Below, piece by piece: positions 1 to 7,858 of a stretch of DNA of 20,761 bases. How positions within the stretch are numbered: position 1 is the first letter of the stretch; the number at the start of each line of letters is the position of its first letter. Location: assembly GCA_051382335.1 (NCBI GenBank), contig JBBCAX010000097.1, positions 1 through 20,761 on the forward strand, read 5' to 3'. This stretch comes from Deltaproteobacteria bacterium TL4. GTDB lineage: Bacteria > SAR324 > NAC60-12. The notes under the pieces are model-generated. The model was not told where the DNA came from and did not search any database. It saw nothing but the letters and a program-made list of their open reading frames with translations. A program made the position numbers and the translations under genes.

Positions 1-18
1 TTATTAAAAAATCATTTA

Positions 19-44
19 TTTCGTGTTTTTCGTGTTTTTCGTGG
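19..44. repeat. 9-bp-period repeat TTTCGTGTTTTTCGTGTTTTTCGTGG, one arm of the CCACGAAAAACACGAAA palindromic element
   Basis: Read directly. The same arm occurs at 2337-2357. It lies just past the ogt stop; the partner arm would be outside the window. Confidence 0.75.
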
Positions 45-51
45 TTAATTT

Positions 52-540
52 TCAAACCACCTGCACAGCTCGAAAATGTTGTTCCAGTTGCAGGAGTTTT
101 TCCTTGATTTCCAAACCTCCAGAAAATCCTGTTAGTGCACCATTGCTTCCAATAACCCGATGACAGGGAACAATAAGAGGTAAGGGGTTTGAAGCGGTTG
201 CTCTTCCAACAGCTCGATACGCTTTAGGAAAATTAATTTTCACAGCAATTTCACGATAAGATGCCGTTTGTCCATAAGGTATCGTCTGTAAGGCCTTCCA
301 AACCTGCTGCTGGAACGAAGTCCCCTGGGTGCGGAAGGGAATGTCAAAAGTTGTTAATTTCCCTTGAAAATAAGCCTCCAATTGTCGCAACACAGAAGCT
401 AATTTGTTTCGATTTTCGTCCCAGGAGGCTTGGGGTTCTTTTTTTAAGGTTCCCTTTGGAAACTGAATGGATTTCAGTTCCAGCTCACTTCCTACAACCA
501 ACAAAGAACCAACCGGGCTATCCAGATAGGAATAGAACAT
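52..540 (-). CDS. ogt: Methylated-DNA--protein-cysteine methyltransferase
   Basis: Active-site PCHRV, GTSFQQQVW..L..IPYG and RAVG.A...NP motifs, GFSGGL..K..LL.LE tail; GAGGT RBS upstream of ATG. Confidence 0.96.
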   Translation of the reverse strand: MFYSYLDSPVGSLLVVGSELELKSIQFPKGTLKKEPQASWDENRNKLASVLRQLEAYFQGKLTTFDIPFRTQGTSFQQQVWKALQTIPYGQTASYREIAVKINFPKAYRAVGRATASNPLPLIVPCHRVIGSNGALTGFSGGLEIKEKLLQLEQHFRAVQVV

Positions 541-658
541 TGAATACCTCTTATAAAAAAAAATTGCTCACGCTTAGCCGCGAAAGCATGAAAAAGACCA
601 CCTCTTCTCAACACGGTTCCGGCTTGGAGCCGTGACCTCATGGACTGAAGCGTTACAA

Positions 659-707
659 AAAATGTTAATATTAGATTGTTATCAACAAATACTTGAAAAT
701 GTTAATA
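659..707. promoter_or_regulatory. 12-bp direct repeat AAAATGTTAATA (659-670, 696-707), possible operator in a divergent promoter region
   Basis: Two exact copies 37 bp apart between divergent ogt and the STAS-like gene. AT-rich context, so chance is possible. Confidence 0.3.
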
Positions 708-777
708 ATATTTTTTACATAGGAGATAGGAGTTAAATTCTCAACGGCTGAGTCCTATCTATCACAGTGAGGCAATC

Positions 778-1245
778 ATGTCATCAGATTTACAAATTGA
801 AGAAATTGACGGCAAACATTACATCAAAGGAGTTATTAATGAGCGGTGTGATTTTGTCGAGTTTTTTAAAACCCAAAAGGATACGGTTACATTGCATATG
901 GGGAGTGTGAGAAGAATTAACTCTACGGGGGTGCGCCGTTGGACTGAAGGCTTGAATGAATTTCCTGGATTAGTCGTTATCTTGGAGGAGTGTCCACGGG
1001 AGATTATTGATCAATGTAATATGATTCCGGAGTTCATGGGCAAAAAACGACAACAAGTAAGAATTGCCTCTTTTTACGCACACTATTACGACGAAGAAAC
1101 GGATGAAGAGGAAATTCTCTTGTTTAAAGAAGGGGAGCATTATCGTTTTGGCGAAGGGATTATTAAAGAGCCGGAGGTTCCTGAAGGAATGGAGTTAGAT
1201 GATTTTCCGGACAAATATTTTAGTTTTCTCAGGCAAGACTATTAA
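778..1245 (+). CDS. STAS-like (anti-anti-sigma factor-like) protein with acidic C-terminal extension
   Basis: IKGVINE..., then HMGSVRRINSTG matching the STAS D.S.V..(I)DS.G phospho-Ser motif (S49); GAGG RBS. Resembles myxobacterial/Bdellovibrio-type INSxGVRxW proteins (from memory). Confidence 0.7.
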   Translation: MSSDLQIEEIDGKHYIKGVINERCDFVEFFKTQKDTVTLHMGSVRRINSTGVRRWTEGLNEFPGLVVILEECPREIIDQCNMIPEFMGKKRQQVRIASFYAHYYDEETDEEEILLFKEGEHYRFGEGIIKEPEVPEGMELDDFPDKYFSFLRQDY

Positions 1246-1342
1246 GTTACGTACCAGTACTCAACAGAAGCACCCAAATCGTTAGAGTGGTAGTTGAGTC
1301 ATCAGTTCTAAAACAGAAGGACATCTTTAACCGGGGACCAAA

Positions 1343-2299
1343 ATGCAATCTATGAAAGTCATCGTATTACTAGGAAAACATCATCCAAAGGATATGAAAT
1401 TGATTGAATTCGCACTAAGAGCGAACAGAGTTCAATACACCGTATTTGAGGACCAGCTCTTGTGTCAGAAATATCTGGAAGATCTCGTCAAGAATCACCC
1501 TGAGTCTCTGGAAACCCACTTATTATTAACGGATACTGAAGATTGGTTTTTTCTCAAGGAGATTGCCCGATCCTTTGCTTTTTGTTTGAATGCCGTGATT
1601 ATAGGCGCGGAACTGAAAAGTTTGTTTTCTGATGAAGTTCTGTTCAACACCATTAATTGTTTTATCGCCCGAAATGACCCTAACTCCTTTTATTTTCCTC
1701 ACCAGATAACCGGTGCCATTAATCGTATTTTGTGTAACGATTTTTTTGGACTTCGCCATTTTATGTATGGAACTTATTCCTCCATGAATCAGCTTGTACG
1801 ATCGACAACTGATGCGACAGCGGTCATTACAGAAATCAGTGAGTATGCGCATCAAATTTGTAATAATGTTTCAACTGTGGCTCAGATCGAAGGCATTTGC
1901 GATGAGTTGGTCAAAAATGCGTTATATAATGCCAATCCCAAGTATGAGGGACATGATCGCCGAACCGATTTTGAACTGGACGATTCTGAAACCATCAATG
2001 TGAATTACGGATGCGATGGAAGGATGTTCGCGATTTCCGTGACCGATGATTTTGGACGTTTGGGCAAAGACCCCCTGTTTCAATATTTACAAAGATGTTT
2101 TTTTGATAATGAAGCTAAAATCAGTTACCAAGGGGGAGGTGCGGGGTTGGGTTTTTTTCGTATTCTCAATGCTGTCAATTCATTAGTCATTAATGTGATT
2201 CCCAACAGAAAGACAGAAGTTATTGGTATATTGGATATATCTTTAAGTAGACGTGATTTCCAAAAAGCAAGTAAATCCTTCTACTACTTAAAATTGTGA
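1343..2299 (+). CDS. GHKL/HATPase_c protein, RsbW/SpoIIAB-like anti-sigma factor/Ser kinase, with possible degenerate receiver-like N-terminus
   Basis: N-box DELVKNALYNA, G1-like ISVTDDFG, G2 GGAGLG; no HisKA H-box; N-terminal alpha/beta pattern with LLLTD. Confidence 0.65.
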   Translation: MQSMKVIVLLGKHHPKDMKLIEFALRANRVQYTVFEDQLLCQKYLEDLVKNHPESLETHLLLTDTEDWFFLKEIARSFAFCLNAVIIGAELKSLFSDEVLFNTINCFIARNDPNSFYFPHQITGAINRILCNDFFGLRHFMYGTYSSMNQLVRSTTDATAVITEISEYAHQICNNVSTVAQIEGICDELVKNALYNANPKYEGHDRRTDFELDDSETINVNYGCDGRMFAISVTDDFGRLGKDPLFQYLQRCFFDNEAKISYQGGGAGLGFFRILNAVNSLVINVIPNRKTEVIGILDISLSRRDFQKASKSFYYLKL

Positions 2300-2300
2300 G

Positions 2301-2357
2301 TCCACGAAAAACGCAAAAAACACTAAGCGTAGGATCGTTTTTCGTGTTTTTCGTGGA
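2301..2357. repeat. Imperfect 21-bp inverted repeat (CCACGAAAAAC family); hairpin, possibly a terminator or REP-like element
   Basis: TCCACGAAAAACGCAAAAAAC (2301-2321) vs GTTTTTCGTGTTTTTCGTGGA (2337-2357), 19/21 complementary, starting right after the stop codon at 2299. Confidence 0.8.
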
Positions 2358-2416
2358 AGGAATCAGCGTAAAACGCGGAACGTCAAAATTATTGTCAATG
2401 AGATACTAAAGGAATT

Positions 2417-3076
2417 ATGGCAACAAACAAAGATGAAATACAGGAATTTGAAGAAGGTATTGCTGAGGTTGAGGATGTTCCAGAGGAGGTCATTGACCTC
2501 TATCCCAAAGAAGAACGGTCTATTGTAAAGATGATGGCCGACATCACCAATACCGCATTTAAAGCGGTTAAAGCGGTGACAAAAACAGGGGAGAGTTCCT
2601 TAAGAATCAGTAAGGCCTTTTTCCCAACTGTTCAAAATTCGACGATGATGAAGGAGACTGGCAAATCGCTTCATGATCTCAGGGAAGTTGCGGGTTTAAC
2701 GATCCAGGAGCTTACCGAATCTTTGGATTTGAAAGATAGTAGCATTCTTGAGGCTGTTGAAAATGGAACCGCGACCTTGTCTTTTGAACTCACTTTACGT
2801 TTAGCGTCGTTGGTCTCAAGGCATGATCCTATTCCTTTTATCATCCGTTCCTTAAGAACCTATAACCCTGATGTCTGGAAATACCTCGAGGATTGGGGCG
2901 TAGGGCGGATTCCCCTTCATATAGAACGGGAGCGCCAATTTCTTGGAATTTACCGGGGAAAAGACTCAGTTCGCAAATTGAGCGACGAAGGTTTCATTAA
3001 AGTCCTCGAATTCACAAGAGCCGCCTTTGAAATGGCGGTGCACTATGCGATTGAAAATGAAATAGATCATAACTAA
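2417..3076 (+). CDS. XRE-family helix-turn-helix protein
   Basis: Central GKSLHDLREVAGLTIQELTESL...ILEAVENG..TLSFELTLRLA fits HTH_XRE; AAGGA RBS. Confidence 0.8.
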   Translation: MATNKDEIQEFEEGIAEVEDVPEEVIDLYPKEERSIVKMMADITNTAFKAVKAVTKTGESSLRISKAFFPTVQNSTMMKETGKSLHDLREVAGLTIQELTESLDLKDSSILEAVENGTATLSFELTLRLASLVSRHDPIPFIIRSLRTYNPDVWKYLEDWGVGRIPLHIERERQFLGIYRGKDSVRKLSDEGFIKVLEFTRAAFEMAVHYAIENEIDHN

Positions 3077-3269
3077 GCGTTGTTGAAGGCTGGGGAAAGC
3101 GCTACTTGTCGATTGGATTAAGTTGCCCTAATGTGACTTGAAAGGCACACCACCTCCTACGTTGGAGCACGAAGTATGGGCAAACGCTATCGTGGTCTCA
3201 TCAAGAGGTGAAACGGATCTGGCGGAAATGCCCTCAAACAAAAAAAGCCTCACGTCGTTTGTCTTTCAG

Positions 3270-6200
3270 TTAATGAGGCAACGTGAAGTAAAACGTGGTT
3301 CCTTGATGGACCTCACTTTCCAGCCAGATTTTTCCTTGATGTGCCTCAATAATGAGGCGACTGATTGGCATTCCCAGCCCCATTCCCTGTTTGTGATAAC
3401 TCATATCTTCAATCGTTTCAAATTTACTGAAAACCTTGGGAAAATCTTCAGCGGCGATGCCAATGCCTGTATCTGATAAAGCCACGGTTGATTCCTGGTC
3501 ATGATGACTTAATGTGACGACAATTGAACCTTCATGGGTATAATTGAGGGCATTGTCCAGCAGATGTCCCACGACTTCTTTTATTTTTTCCGGATCAAAA
3601 TTAAAGGGGCAGGAGGTGTTGCCCAGGTCACAAATCAATTCCAGACCTTTTTCCTTGGCTCTCCCCCGAAATTCAGAAACGGCCAATTCAATCACTTTGC
3701 CAAGATCCCCTTCAGCGAAACTATAATGCGCTTGATCTGATTCTAATTCTGATATTTCCAGAACTCTGGAGATTAACTTATCCAATCGCCTTGCTTCCGA
3801 ATATATCGCATCAAAAAGAACAGGATAGTCTTCAACAGAAAGCATATCCGGAGTCGTCAACATTTCTGAACTCGCCAAGATTGAACTCAAGGGAGTTCGT
3901 AATTCATGAGAAATCAGGATCATAAAATCATCTTTCAGACGGTTTAAGGTTTGCAGATGGTTCAGCGCTTCTTCCAAATCCTTTTTTTGTTTTAAAATCT
4001 GCTGTTCATATTCTTTTTGCTTACTGATATCATGAATCATGCAAGAAAACGCAATTTTAATCCCCTGATGATCTTTAATGGTTGAAATGGAAATATAGGC
4101 TGGGAATTGATCGCCACTCACCCCTTTGGCCCAAACTTCTCCACACCAACCTCCTTGAATACTTTCCGGATTAAGAAACTCTTTGTGAAAAGAATCATCC
4201 ACTTCCACAGGCTTGACAAAATGGGTTAAGGCTTGACCCACAATTTCAGATTCGTTACCCATTAATAAATATTGAGTGATGGGATTGATCGTTTTGATAA
4301 TCCCGTCGAGCGACATCGTCAGGACACCATCCAGAGCACTATTGACCATGTGAGAATAAAGCAACATCTGCTGTAAGTTTTCATCGAGCTTCTGTTCCAG
4401 GCCTTCACTATATTTTTGGGATTGTTGGGCTTTATGCAATGCGTCTTCATAGAGCTTTGCCCGATCGGATGTTATCTGGAGTTTTCTGGTCATAATCGCG
4501 GAAAACATACGATAAAAATAATATTTAAACTGATAGTTTTGATCTTGTCCTGAGGCATGGATGATTGATGAATCAACTACTAAAATTTCTGTCGTTTCTT
4601 TAGCAATCACATCTGCGGAACGTTGTTCATCACTACAAATGCTCATTTCTCCAAAAATATCCCACGGGTATTTTAAATTGAGAATGAACCGCTTATCCAC
4701 ATAAACGGAAACACTTCCCCGCAATAAGAAATAAACACAATTATTACTTTGGCTCCCTTGCTTAATGATCAATTCCTCTTTTTCAAAAATCAGGATCCGG
4801 CTCAGTGGAATAAAGCCTTCAATTTCTTCGGGTGTGAAGACTTTAAATAGGGGAGACGTGAGAATTATTTCACGGATACGTTCTTTTTGCTTCTGCGGTT
4901 CTTGCTCCTTCAGTTCGTCAGCAACAGGGGTAGTGCTGATCTTGATCGGTATTGAGGCCTTGGTGTTTGGGTTTTCTGATGTTTTCTCTTGTTTAGGAAA
5001 AGCAGGCAGTTTGACGTGAAATTGACTCCCCTCCCCGATTTTGCTTTCGACAACAATTCTTCCCTGGTGCAATTCAACCAAATTTTTGCAGATCGCAAGT
5101 CCGAGCCCTGCGCCTTTTTCCCCCTTGGTTCCAATATTTTTTCCTTTAATTTGCCTATATTTGTCAAAAATGTGTTGAATCACTGAGGACTCCATCCCCA
5201 TACCACTGTCTCTGACCGTAACCTGTAGCGTCTCTGGCGAAGGGTGATACGCTTGAATGATGACGTGCCCCCCCTCGGAAGTAAATTTGAGGGCATTCCC
5301 AACCAAGTTATTGATGACTTGTTTGATTTTTGGAACATCAATGGAGATAGGAATGAGATTTTCAGAAATTTCGAGCCGCAATTGAATGTGTTTGCTCTCA
5401 GACAACACTTTGAAATTAAGGTAGATCTGTTTGAGGTGTTGTGTCCATTCTTCAGGGAGCAAGGGGGTATAGTCCAAATTCAGTTTCCCCGATTCAATTT
5501 TTGAAATATCCAAAAAATTATTAACCAGAGATAACTGTTCATTGCATAAGTCAATGGTCGATTGCAAAAGCGGTTTGACTTCGTCTTCAACCTTAAAAAA
5601 TTCCAAAATGGTTTCCATCGTCGCTCTTACCGCGCCAATTGGCGAGCGTAGATCATGCGAAGCGATAGCTAAATACTCATCTTTTAAGCGACTAAGTCCT
5701 TCAATCTCATTTTTAGACTGTTTTAATTCTTCAGTAGTGGTGAGTAATCTTTTCGAAATTTCTTCTTGCCTCATTAACGATAACTGTAACTCTTCAGTGG
5801 ATTCCTCATATCGCTTGGCTTTTTGTGAGGCTAAATACAGCTTTTCGGTCAGGATTCGGGTCAACCATTGATGAAAAAAGAAAAATATCTCGGTTTCTGA
5901 ACGATCTTTGAGTTCTTCCAGGGTTTTTGAGGAAATCGTCAGTAATTGTCCACCTTCCAAACCAATCACTGTAATATCCGCGGGCTGGTCTTTAACTTGG
6001 CTATTTTCGCCAAAGATATCGCCCTTACGGCCTAACTGATACAACAATCGACCATCTTGATGAACAGAGACGCTCCCTTTGATTAAAAAAAACAACAGGT
6101 TATTTTGTTGACCTTGGGAAACAAGAACTTCATCTTTATTGAAAGTTTTAAAGGATGTCCATGTTAAAAATTTTTCCAGAATTGCGGGAGCGGTATCTCT

Positions 6201-6296
6201 GAAATAACGAGCCTGTGAGATTTCTTTGATTAAATTTGAATCCATAACATCATTTAATGATAACTTATTGTCGATGCGCTTGTTCCCAAGCTTCAC
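3270..6296 (-). CDS. Soluble tandem histidine kinase: cNMP-HisKA-HATPase-cNMP-PAS/PAC-HisKA-HATPase
   Basis: Two H-boxes (SHDLRSP H214; SHELRTP H797). Two N/G1/G2 sets (NLVGNALKF, DSGMG, GAGLGL; HLLDNALNY, DTGIG, GMGLGM). Two cNMP-binding repeats (GDIFGE; WDIFGE...RSA). PAS ending HDISKQK. No TM segment. GTG start overlaps the upstream TGA. Confidence 0.92.
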   Translation of the reverse strand: MKLGNKRIDNKLSLNDVMDSNLIKEISQARYFRDTAPAILEKFLTWTSFKTFNKDEVLVSQGQQNNLLFFLIKGSVSVHQDGRLLYQLGRKGDIFGENSQVKDQPADITVIGLEGGQLLTISSKTLEELKDRSETEIFFFFHQWLTRILTEKLYLASQKAKRYEESTEELQLSLMRQEEISKRLLTTTEELKQSKNEIEGLSRLKDEYLAIASHDLRSPIGAVRATMETILEFFKVEDEVKPLLQSTIDLCNEQLSLVNNFLDISKIESGKLNLDYTPLLPEEWTQHLKQIYLNFKVLSESKHIQLRLEISENLIPISIDVPKIKQVINNLVGNALKFTSEGGHVIIQAYHPSPETLQVTVRDSGMGMESSVIQHIFDKYRQIKGKNIGTKGEKGAGLGLAICKNLVELHQGRIVVESKIGEGSQFHVKLPAFPKQEKTSENPNTKASIPIKISTTPVADELKEQEPQKQKERIREIILTSPLFKVFTPEEIEGFIPLSRILIFEKEELIIKQGSQSNNCVYFLLRGSVSVYVDKRFILNLKYPWDIFGEMSICSDEQRSADVIAKETTEILVVDSSIIHASGQDQNYQFKYYFYRMFSAIMTRKLQITSDRAKLYEDALHKAQQSQKYSEGLEQKLDENLQQMLLYSHMVNSALDGVLTMSLDGIIKTINPITQYLLMGNESEIVGQALTHFVKPVEVDDSFHKEFLNPESIQGGWCGEVWAKGVSGDQFPAYISISTIKDHQGIKIAFSCMIHDISKQKEYEQQILKQKKDLEEALNHLQTLNRLKDDFMILISHELRTPLSSILASSEMLTTPDMLSVEDYPVLFDAIYSEARRLDKLISRVLEISELESDQAHYSFAEGDLGKVIELAVSEFRGRAKEKGLELICDLGNTSCPFNFDPEKIKEVVGHLLDNALNYTHEGSIVVTLSHHDQESTVALSDTGIGIAAEDFPKVFSKFETIEDMSYHKQGMGLGMPISRLIIEAHQGKIWLESEVHQGTTFYFTLPH

Positions 6297-7567
6297 AAAC
6301 CTAATTCAGCTAATAAATTGTCCACGTCTGATTGCTGGGTTTGCGTTTCATTTTGCGCGATACTGTCGGAACTTACTTCTTCGATGGCATAATCAAGTTC
6401 AACTTTTTGTATTTCTACTTCGTCCTCAAGGGAGGCGAATACTTTGGATAAGGAATTAATAATTGCGAATACTTTTTGATTAGCGGTATCACCAAACTGA
6501 GTCATCATCAGGGTATCATTAGCAAGTTGTCGCATTTGCTCTTTGTCTTCACTGGAGATCTCGTCTTGATACAAAATGTCCGTCAGTTGCTCCAATCCCA
6601 TTCCAATATTGGTAATATTTACATTCGAATCATTTCTGATCGCATCAAGTTCATGGACCATATTATTTCGTATTTTCAAGATGCTTTTTAAATCTTCGGC
6701 GACTTTTTGATAAAGTCTCGCCGCCTTAAAAGAATTCAAAATATCGGCAATATGGGTAAAAAATAGATTCAGAATGTCCATAATTTGGGGAACCTCTTGC
6801 GGATAATCCAAAATTTCCATAACATACCCGTCCAGGTACATTAACGTCACGCCTTCCTCTTGAATTTGTTGTTCTTTCAACTCAAACGCACCGGATACGA
6901 GAGCTAAGCGCTGATTGAACCCCATTTCATCTTTTGGTGAAACGGTTCCCATTAATGAGGGTTTTCCTGAAAGATGGCGCCAAAAATTGACATGAACTCC
7001 ACAGATTTGAAAACACCCTTGCATGGCCGCGTCCGCAATAAAATGAATATCGTCAAGACGGCGCAAGGCTATCGTCTGTTTCATAATTTCTGTAAAAATG
7101 TGGGCTTGGTCTTTTAAAAGCTCCACACTTTCAAGCGCATTATGAAGTTGATGTTGATATTGTTTTTTGGAATCTTTATGGCTTGCCGCAAGGTCAAGAA
7201 AGTTTCTGACTTTAAAAACCAGTTCTTTCATCACGATGGGTTTGTTCAAATAATCAACCGCGCCTTCTGTAAACGCTTCATCCCGGCTTGAATCTTTGGT
7301 GTTTGCGGAAATAAAAATCACAGGAATTTCTTTATACTGATTCGATTTTTTGATTTCTTTAATAAAATCATGACCATTCATCACAGGCATCATCGCGTCA
7401 GTTAAAATAAGGTCTGGAACCTCATTCGCGATCTTCTCAAGTGCCTCCTTTCCATGGATGGCCGTTGTCACCTGACAACCCATTGATTTCAATTGAATCG
7501 ATATGACATTCCGTAAGACTTTATCATCTTCAACGTAGAGGACGTGCCCTATGTTTTCCTTTTCCAT
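6293..7567 (-). CDS. Response-regulator receiver fused to a CheZ-like phosphatase C-terminus
   Basis: Intact REC (VEDD, D57 in LTDAMMP, ISA, KP). C-terminal QFGDTANQK (D360-x3-Q364) and terminal QSDVDNLLAELGL resemble the CheZ catalytic DxxxQ motif and CheY-binding tail. Confidence 0.8.
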   Translation of the reverse strand: MEKENIGHVLYVEDDKVLRNVISIQLKSMGCQVTTAIHGKEALEKIANEVPDLILTDAMMPVMNGHDFIKEIKKSNQYKEIPVIFISANTKDSSRDEAFTEGAVDYLNKPIVMKELVFKVRNFLDLAASHKDSKKQYQHQLHNALESVELLKDQAHIFTEIMKQTIALRRLDDIHFIADAAMQGCFQICGVHVNFWRHLSGKPSLMGTVSPKDEMGFNQRLALVSGAFELKEQQIQEEGVTLMYLDGYVMEILDYPQEVPQIMDILNLFFTHIADILNSFKAARLYQKVAEDLKSILKIRNNMVHELDAIRNDSNVNITNIGMGLEQLTDILYQDEISSEDKEQMRQLANDTLMMTQFGDTANQKVFAIINSLSKVFASLEDEVEIQKVELDYAIEEVSSDSIAQNETQTQQSDVDNLLAELGL

Positions 7568-7629
7568 TTTTTCCCCAAGTTATACATTTGAAGCCTCTGC
7601 TCCTAAAATAGGACGTGCCCCAGTGAATC

Positions 7630-7788
7630 GCAACTGTTCAGAGGGTATTTGCCACAGAGACACAGAGAATGAATATTAAAGGACAAAATCTCTGAGTTTC
7701 TCTAAAGAAATAATTTTGTGAATACAGAGAAAAATATGAATATTTATAACATCTCCGTGTCTCTGTATCTCTGTGTCTGAACGGTTAC
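7630..7788. mobile_element. MITE-like element A (159 bp): 13-bp imperfect TIR around a CACAGAGA-repeat palindrome
   Basis: GCAACTGTTCAGA (7630-7642) vs TCTGAACGGTTAC (7776-7788), 11/13. Inner CACAGAGACACAGAGA (7653-7668) vs TCTCTGTATCTCTGTG (7760-7775), 15/16. Flanks AGTGAATC / CGTAAATC (6/8) may be a decayed TSD. Confidence 0.6.
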
Positions 7789-7858
7789 CGTAAATCAATG
7801 CCACCCCCAAAAATGATCCATTTGTTCAGCATCAATAAAAACATGAAATCATCCTGTT

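Noticed and set aside
261..635. 124-aa plus-strand ORF
   Set aside because: Mostly antisense to the well-supported ogt; no recognisable motifs.
3138..6691. Several short ORFs overlapping the kinase and REC genes (e.g. 3138-3476, 3534-3740, 4765-5019, 5244-5504, 5542-5871, 6226-6459, 6476-6691)
   Set aside because: Shadow frames of long motif-rich genes, with no independent evidence.
7539..7620. 11-bp direct repeat AGGACGTGCCC (7539-7549, 7610-7620)
   Set aside because: One copy is inside coding sequence, there are only two copies, and nothing else supports it.
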